A stretch of 64,000 bases of DNA, taken from the NCBI GenBank assembly GCA_017395245.1, contig JAFPVR010000114.1:645-64644 (forward strand), in the 5' to 3' direction. The position numbers and the translations under genes were made by a program. Shown here piece after piece: positions 58,548 through 64,000 of this stretch. This stretch comes from Bacteroidales bacterium. Its GTDB lineage: Bacteria; Bacteroidota; Bacteroidia; Bacteroidales; WCHB1-69. Below the pieces are notes generated by a model. The model had not been told where the DNA came from. It saw only the letters and a list, made by a program, of their open reading frames with translations, and did no database searches. Numbering within the stretch: position 1 is the stretch's first letter; every line of letters begins with the position of its first letter.

Positions 58548-61500
58548 CTACAGCACCGTGATTTGCCCCACCAACCGTTGCGGTCGTCCCGCCGTGTCAG
58601 TATATTCTATCACGTAGTTGTAAACGGTCTGGTACTGCGTCTGGCCGCGGTACTCGCCGTACCAACGGAAGTTCTTGTCCGTGCTGTAGAAGACCAGCTC
58701 GCCCCAGCGGTTGTAGATGTATACCTTGAAGAGATTGATGTTGGGGATGAAACCCTCCGAAATGTAGAAGCAGTCGTTGAGACCGTCGCCGCGCGAGGGG
58801 GTGATGGCATTGGGGAGCACCAGCTCGTAGTGGCAACCCTCCACCCGGATACGCGCCGTCGCGCTGCAACCGCCCTCCGAGGCCGTCACCGTGTATATGC
58901 CCGGCGATGACACCACGATGGTCGTGGCCGTCTCGCCCGTACTCCACACATAATCCTGCATCGGACTCAACACCGTCAACGCCGCCTCGTTGTGTTCGCA
59001 GAAGTCGTCCGTCAGCATCTCAATGCGCAAGGCCGTGTCGATGACCGTGAGCTGCAACGTCACCACGCTGTCGCATCCGTTGACTGTCTGCAGGTTTTGT
59101 ACTCGGGTGAGAACACTCTCCCCTATCGTCTCCTGCGGACTGACGCTGAAGCCGTTCGCATCGTAGCCTTCGCCCTCGCAGACCGTGGCTTCGACAAGCT
59201 CTGCCACCGTGGGATTGACCGTCAGCAGCAAGATCACCGCGCTGTCGCAGTGGCCCGTGGCATGGTGCTGTTCGAAAGTGTATTCGCCCGCCTCGGATGT
59301 TTGGTCGGCGGGAACGTTGAAGTTGTATTCGTCGTAAATCTCACCCTGACAGATACTTGCGCTTATCGTGTCGCTGGAGTTCGGCCATACGCTGACCGTT
59401 ACCGTATTGCTGTAGACCGTGCCGCAAGTCTGGCTCACCCATGCGCGCCGCAGTGAGAACGAATTCGTGGCTGAATTCGGGTAGGTGTAAGTCTGGGCGT
59501 TGTTCGTGCCCGGTGCGGGAGTCCAGTCCGTGCCGTTCGTGCTTATCTGCCACTGGCAGCTGCCATTGTCGCCACCCGAGGCCACCGTGCCAGTAAACGG
59601 GGCGATGTCCTCGCCGTCGCACACCTCCTGCGAGGCGGCGATGGTGCCGGGTTGCAGTTCGCCATTCAGCGTATTGAGCGTCACCGAGGCCGTGGCCGTA
59701 CAGCCAACATGGTCGGTCACCGTGAAAGTGTACGCACCCGCCGGACGGTTGCCGATGGAAGTCGTAGTGGCTATATTCGTGCCCGAGGCATTCGTCCAGG
59801 CGTAGGTCATCGGGGTCTGCCCGCCTGTAACCGAGGCTGTGGCAGAACCGGTGGATTCACCGTAGCAGGTGATGTGGGTGATATTGCCGATGTTGGCCGC
59901 GATGTTATCCACCGAGAGATGATACGTCACCACGCTGTCAGCCCCGTGCGAGGTGAACAGCGTCACCACGTGCGTGCCCGCCGCCGTGAAGTTGTGTCCG
60001 TGCCAGGTGTAGGGCAGGTCGGCGGCGCAGACGGTGGTGTCGACGATGGTAGTAACATTCTGATAAACAGTCAGGTGGATTGTCAGGATGCTGTCGCAGC
60101 CGAGTGTGTTTGTGAAATTTTGGGTGTAGGTGCCCGCTTCGATATACGAGATTTCGTTATATTGAAGGGGCAGGGCATTTTCGATGACCGCCGTGTCGAT
60201 TGTGGTGTACGACAGCGGATTGACGTGTAGCGTCATAGTCACCACGCTGTCCGCGCCGGTGTGGGCCAAAATTGTGGTGGTTTTCGTGCCTGCCGCCGTG
60301 AACACGCTATCGTTCCAAGTCAAAGGCAGGGCGGCTTCGCAGACAGTGGAGTCTACTGAGACGGACACGTTCTCAATAACGTCTATAAGGACAGTAAGGA
60401 CACTATCGCAGCCGGCGGCGTTCGTCAGGTATTGGGTGTAGGTTCCTGCTTCGAAATACGAAATATCGTTATATTGACATGGCAGGGAATTTTCGATAAC
60501 TGCTGTGTCGAAAGTGCCATAAGTCGTCGGAATTATCGTGAGGGTCATCGTGATGGTGCTGTCGGCGCCGGTGTGGGCCGGAATCATGGTCGTTTTCGTG
60601 CCCGCCGCCGTGAACACGCTGTCGTTCCAGGTGAACGGGAAGGCGGTCTCGCAGACGGCGGAATCGAGTTCGGAAGTGACGTTGGGGAAGACTGTCAGGT
60701 TAACGGTTAGGATGCTGTCGCAGCCGGCGGCGTTTGTAAGGTGTTGGGTGTAGGTGCCGGCTTCGATATACGAGATTCCGTTATATTGAAGGGGCAGGGC
60801 GTTTTCGACAACAGCGGTATCGAAGGTGTTGTATGACAGCGCATTGACGTGAAGGTTCATCACTACGACGCTATCCGTGCCGTCGGAAGCGGTGATGGTG
60901 GCGGTCTGCGTGCCCGCCACCGTGAACTCCACCCCGTTCCAGATGAACGGCAACGCATCGGCACAAACGGTGCTGTCTGTCTGTCCCGACACATACACTG
61001 TCACGGAGTCTGTCACATTGCAGAAATTGAGCGGGCTGAACTGAATGTCATCGACCCCGAAGTCGTTGCCACCGCCCGTGGTGTTCTGGTTGAGAATGGT
61101 GAGCGTGGCCGTCGTGTTTTCACCACTGTACCACACCTCATAGTAACGGTTCCAGACGCTTGTGCTGGACGGTGAATGGAATATCTCGCCAAGCTGCGTG
61201 GCGTTCACACTAAACTGAAGCCGCGCCAAGGAAGAATATCCTCCCACAAGTGTGCAGACCCAGGCCGAAAAAGCGTAGGATGTGTGCGGTATCACGGGCA
61301 CCGTCTGGGTCCAAAGGTTAGTGCCGGCAACGGTGGCCCCGTTGACAATCATGTAGAGGCCGCTTCCTGTGGTATGGTCATACCAGTTGGGGAAGTTGCC
61401 GTGGTGGTCGTGGGCGTTGGTTCCCACGTAATAGTTGCCTTCCGGCCAAAGGTTCGAATTGTACTGGTAGGCCGTGGTGAAACCCGTATTGCCGCTTTCA

Positions 61501-64000
61501 AAGTCCCCGTTCGTGACAACACTGTTCCCCTCATTGAATGCCGTAATGTAATAGGTGGTCGTGGCTGTCGGAGCGACGGTGAGGTTGCCGCCGCTGGAAA
61601 GGGGATTGCCGTCGGCATCGGTCCAAGCCATAATGTCCGCACCGGTCGCCCAAAGGTTGACACTCGCACCAGGCATAATCACCGTATCGGCACTGTGCGT
61701 CAAAACGGGAAGTGCTACCACATGCAAGGTCATCACCACCGTGCTGTCCGCGCCCGTAGCCGCCTGCAACGTCACGCTGTCCGTGCCCGCCGCCGTGAAC
61801 GATACCCCGTTCCAAGTGACCGGCAGGTCGCTTTCGCAGACGGTGGAGTCGAGCTCGGTGGTGACATTCGGGAAGACCGTCAGCGTTACGGTCAGGATGC
61901 TGTCGCAACCGGCCGCGTTCGTCAGGTGTTGGGTGTAAGTGCCGGCTTCGACATACGAGATTTCGTTATATTGAAGGGGCAAGGCATTTTCGATGACGGC
62001 AGTGTCGAAATTGCTGTATGACAGTGCATTGACATGTAGCGTCATGGTCACTATGCTGTCCGCGCCGGTGGAGGCAGCCAGCGTGGCCGTCTGCGTGCCC
62101 GCCTGCGTGAACGTCACCCCGTTCCATTCGTATGGCAACTCACTTTCACAGATAGTCATCGTGTCAACCACATTGTAAATCACTGACACGCACACCGAGT
62201 CCGTGACAAAGCACTCGGGCATCGGGGCAAAAACAATGTCATCAAGACCGAAATCGTTGCCCTGCCCGTTGGTGTTCTGGTTCAATATCGTGATAGTGGC
62301 GACGGTATCGTTCCCGCTGTTCCAGAAATCGTGGAATTTCACCCACTGGTAGAGTGTAGACGGGGCCTCAAAGATCGGCCCAAGCTGCACCCCGTTCACC
62401 ACAAATTGCAGACGGGCGACAGAGATGTCGGAGGCACACAGTGAAACGATTTGCGCTGAGAAATCGTAAGAGGTGTTGGGCTGCACATTCACGGTCTGGC
62501 TCCATACGGTCGCATTGGGGTAGCTGGCCCCATCTACAATCATAAACAACCCGTCGCCGCCATATCCGTACTGGTGTTGCAGCGGCCACACATTGTGCGC
62601 ATCCTCATTAATCACAAAATTGCCGAACCCCAAATTGTGCTGGGACGGATTGGCCACATAGTTGTAATCGGTCGTGAAACCGGTATAGCCCGCCTCAAAA
62701 CCTCCGTTCACCACCACATTATCTTGTTCAGCAGGGGCCGCATAGCCCGTCACCTGATAGCACGTAGACTGTAAAGGAGTCGCCAACGGTGTCGCGGAAT
62801 TGGGATCCGACAGGCCGTCCGTCGGGAACCATTGGTAATAGTCGGCACCCGATGCCCAAAGCGACACCGATGTGCCAAAGATAATGGTTGTGTCGGGCGA
62901 AAGGGTGAGCTCCGGCAGGGGGATGACAACAAGATGCAGCGTGTCAACACTCGGACAGCCGTCGGCGTTGGTGTATTCGTATGTATAGACACCCGATGCC
63001 GTGTACGCGCTGTCGTGCCATTCGTAACTATCGCAAGCCGTCTCAGTTGTGGCATTGTGCGTACCGTGATGAACGGTCAGGTGCAACGTCACGATGGAGT
63101 CGCAGCCGCCGGCCGCAGTAAAGGTCTGCGGGTAGTCGCCTGATTCGGTGTAGTTCGTACCATTCCAGTTGTAACTTTCACAGGCGGTGACTTCGACAAG
63201 CTCAGTCACCGTGGGTATCACCGTCAAGAGCATGGTGATGGTGCTGTCCGCGCCATTAGCGGCCAGAACAGTGGTGGCTTTCGTACCCGCCGCCGTGAAG
63301 ATGCTGTCGTTCCAGGTCAAAGGCAGGGCAGTTTCACAGACGGTGGAGTCTAATGAAACGGACACGTTCTCGAAAACATCTATAACGACGGTGAGGATGC
63401 TGTCGCAACCGGCCGCGTTCGTCAGGTGTTGGGTGTAAGTGCCGGCTTCGACATACGAGATTTCGTTATATTGATAAGGCAGGGCGTTCTCCAAAACAAC
63501 AATGTGGATAGTGGTGTCCGTGGGACTGTTCACCGTCAGGTTCAGCGCAGAGACGCTGTCACAGCCCGCCGCACTCACGAAGTGGCGCACATACTGGCCG
63601 CTCGTTGTGTAGAGGCTGTCGTTCCACACGAAACCCTCACAGACGACCGTGTCCAACTCCGTGTGGCGGATTGTGTAGAAGTTGACACTGACCGTGGTAT
63701 CGTAAGCGCAACCCGTGGTGTCATACACCGTGAAGGTATAGACAATAGTGGTATCGTGGCTGAGATTTGCCGGCGGGTCGATCTGGAAGAGGGAGTCCGA
63801 CAGTGCTGTAATCCACGGACCGTCGGCAGTGGCGTACGCCAGCTCGAAGGAGATGTCCGGCAGCATCTCGCTGCTCAGCGCCAGCTCCCAACCGAAGATG
63901 TAGCCGTTGTCCGAGCTCCAGCCGTCCTGCACCTCGATGTACCATGGACCGTTGAGCGGGCATCCAATCAGGTTGCTGAACGGGTCGTCCGGGTGGTAGA
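58548..64000 (-). CDS. second giant T9SS type-B surface protein (partial; 5' end beyond window end)
   Basis: The frame stays open past the ORF-track Met at 63932 to the window edge. Bases 63933-64000 encode ..HPDDPFSNLIGCPLNGPWYIEV, homologous to the P-domain end of the first giant. The C-terminal ~550 aa are nearly identical to 37583-39240. Confidence 0.85.
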   Translation of the reverse strand, partial: YHPDDPFSNLIGCPLNGPWYIEVQDGWSSDNGYIFGWELALSSEMLPDISFELAYATADGPWITALSDSLFQIDPPANLSHDTTIVYTFTVYDTTGCAYDTTVSVNFYTIRHTELDTVVCEGFVWNDSLYTTSGQYVRHFVSAAGCDSVSALNLTVNSPTDTTIHIVVLENALPYQYNEISYVEAGTYTQHLTNAAGCDSILTVVIDVFENVSVSLDSTVCETALPLTWNDSIFTAAGTKATTVLAANGADSTITMLLTVIPTVTELVEVTACESYNWNGTNYTESGDYPQTFTAAGGCDSIVTLHLTVHHGTHNATTETACDSYEWHDSAYTASGVYTYEYTNADGCPSVDTLHLVVIPLPELTLSPDTTIIFGTSVSLWASGADYYQWFPTDGLSDPNSATPLATPLQSTCYQVTGYAAPAEQDNVVVNGGFEAGYTGFTTDYNYVANPSQHNLGFGNFVINEDAHNVWPLQHQYGYGGDGLFMIVDGASYPNATVWSQTVNVQPNTSYDFSAQIVSLCASDISVARLQFVVNGVQLGPIFEAPSTLYQWVKFHDFWNSGNDTVATITILNQNTNGQGNDFGLDDIVFAPMPECFVTDSVCVSVIYNVVDTMTICESELPYEWNGVTFTQAGTQTATLAASTGADSIVTMTLHVNALSYSNFDTAVIENALPLQYNEISYVEAGTYTQHLTNAAGCDSILTVTLTVFPNVTTELDSTVCESDLPVTWNGVSFTAAGTDSVTLQAATGADSTVVMTLHVVALPVLTHSADTVIMPGASVNLWATGADIMAWTDADGNPLSSGGNLTVAPTATTTYYITAFNEGNSVVTNGDFESGNTGFTTAYQYNSNLWPEGNYYVGTNAHDHHGNFPNWYDHTTGSGLYMIVNGATVAGTNLWTQTVPVIPHTSYAFSAWVCTLVGGYSSLARLQFSVNATQLGEIFHSPSSTSVWNRYYEVWYSGENTTATLTILNQNTTGGGNDFGVDDIQFSPLNFCNVTDSVTVYVSGQTDSTVCADALPFIWNGVEFTVAGTQTATITASDGTDSVVVMNLHVNALSYNTFDTAVVENALPLQYNGISYIEAGTYTQHLTNAAGCDSILTVNLTVFPNVTSELDSAVCETAFPFTWNDSVFTAAGTKTTMIPAHTGADSTITMTLTIIPTTYGTFDTAVIENSLPCQYNDISYFEAGTYTQYLTNAAGCDSVLTVLIDVIENVSVSVDSTVCEAALPLTWNDSVFTAAGTKTTTILAHTGADSVVTMTLHVNPLSYTTIDTAVIENALPLQYNEISYIEAGTYTQNFTNTLGCDSILTIHLTVYQNVTTIVDTTVCAADLPYTWHGHNFTAAGTHVVTLFTSHGADSVVTYHLSVDNIAANIGNITHITCYGESTGSATASVTGGQTPMTYAWTNASGTNIATTTSIGNRPAGAYTFTVTDHVGCTATASVTLNTLNGELQPGTIAASQEVCDGEDIAPFTGTVASGGDNGSCQWQISTNGTDWTPAPGTNNAQTYTYPNSATNSFSLRRAWVSQTCGTVYSNTVTVSVWPNSSDTISASICQGEIYDEYNFNVPADQTSEAGEYTFEQHHATGHCDSAVILLLTVNPTVAELVEATVCEGEGYDANGFSVSPQETIGESVLTRVQNLQTVNGCDSVVTLQLTVIDTALRIEMLTDDFCEHNEAALTVLSPMQDYVWSTGETATTIVVSSPGIYTVTASEGGCSATARIRVEGCHYELVLPNAITPSRGDGLNDCFYISEGFIPNINLFKVYIYNRWGELVFYSTDKNFRWYGEYRGQTQYQTVYNYVIEYTDTAGRPQRLVGQITVL

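Noticed and set aside
1-64000. tRNA, rRNA, transposase, integrase or prophage signatures
   Set aside because: No cloverleaf-type conserved boxes or rRNA-like stretches were seen in the intergenic regions. No ORF shows DDE, tyrosine-recombinase or phage structural motifs. The AT-rich inserts lack recognisable mobility genes or terminal inverted repeats.

Overview
This 64-kb chromosomal window looks like Bacteroidota: TAnnTTTG -7 promoter boxes, T9SS sorting domains, and FISUMP, DUF1573 and GH92 families. Nearly all genes are on the minus strand. All calls come from reading the sequence and the ORF track. No searches were run, so family names rest on motifs and identity statements are by-eye.

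Gene content:
- Left third: a TolC / HlyD / ABC-ATPase / FtsX efflux locus. It has four FtsX (MacB-like) permease paralogues and a 51-nt remnant of a fifth, and is interrupted by AT-richer inserts (an AAA ATPase and a hypothetical gene).
- Middle: EamA transporter, a PP-loop-like unknown, a four-helix-bundle plus zinc-ribbon protein, argS, an FKBP PPIase, an Mpl-like Mur ligase, DUF1573, ALDH plus Fe-ADH, a FISUMP protein, DUF3667, thrS and GH92.
- Right 27 kb: a surface-protein locus. It holds a 4,515-aa T9SS type-B giant protein, a second giant paralogue that runs off the window, and four FISUMP paralogues directly upstream of the first giant.

Non-coding signals most worth a second look:
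1. A ~75-nt three-hairpin repeat built on GCGAAGC-type mini-hairpins. There are 7-8 copies, each 11-33 nt upstream of a start codon, with compensatory stem changes between copies.
2. A composite control module present three times in front of the efflux/FtsX genes: two TGTAA-N7-TTACA dyads plus a TGGCAY box at a fixed offset. It resembles a sigma-54 promoter with enhancer sites.
3. Strictly 7-nt-periodic arrays that abut or overlap stop codons (or sit just before start codons) and place stop triplets in all three frames.
4. A 37-bp hairpin tandem array and a G9/C9 tract in the leader of one FISUMP gene.
5. A candidate antisense-oriented sRNA in the 460-bp HlyD/FtsX gap.

No rRNA, tRNA, CRISPR array or transposase was seen.
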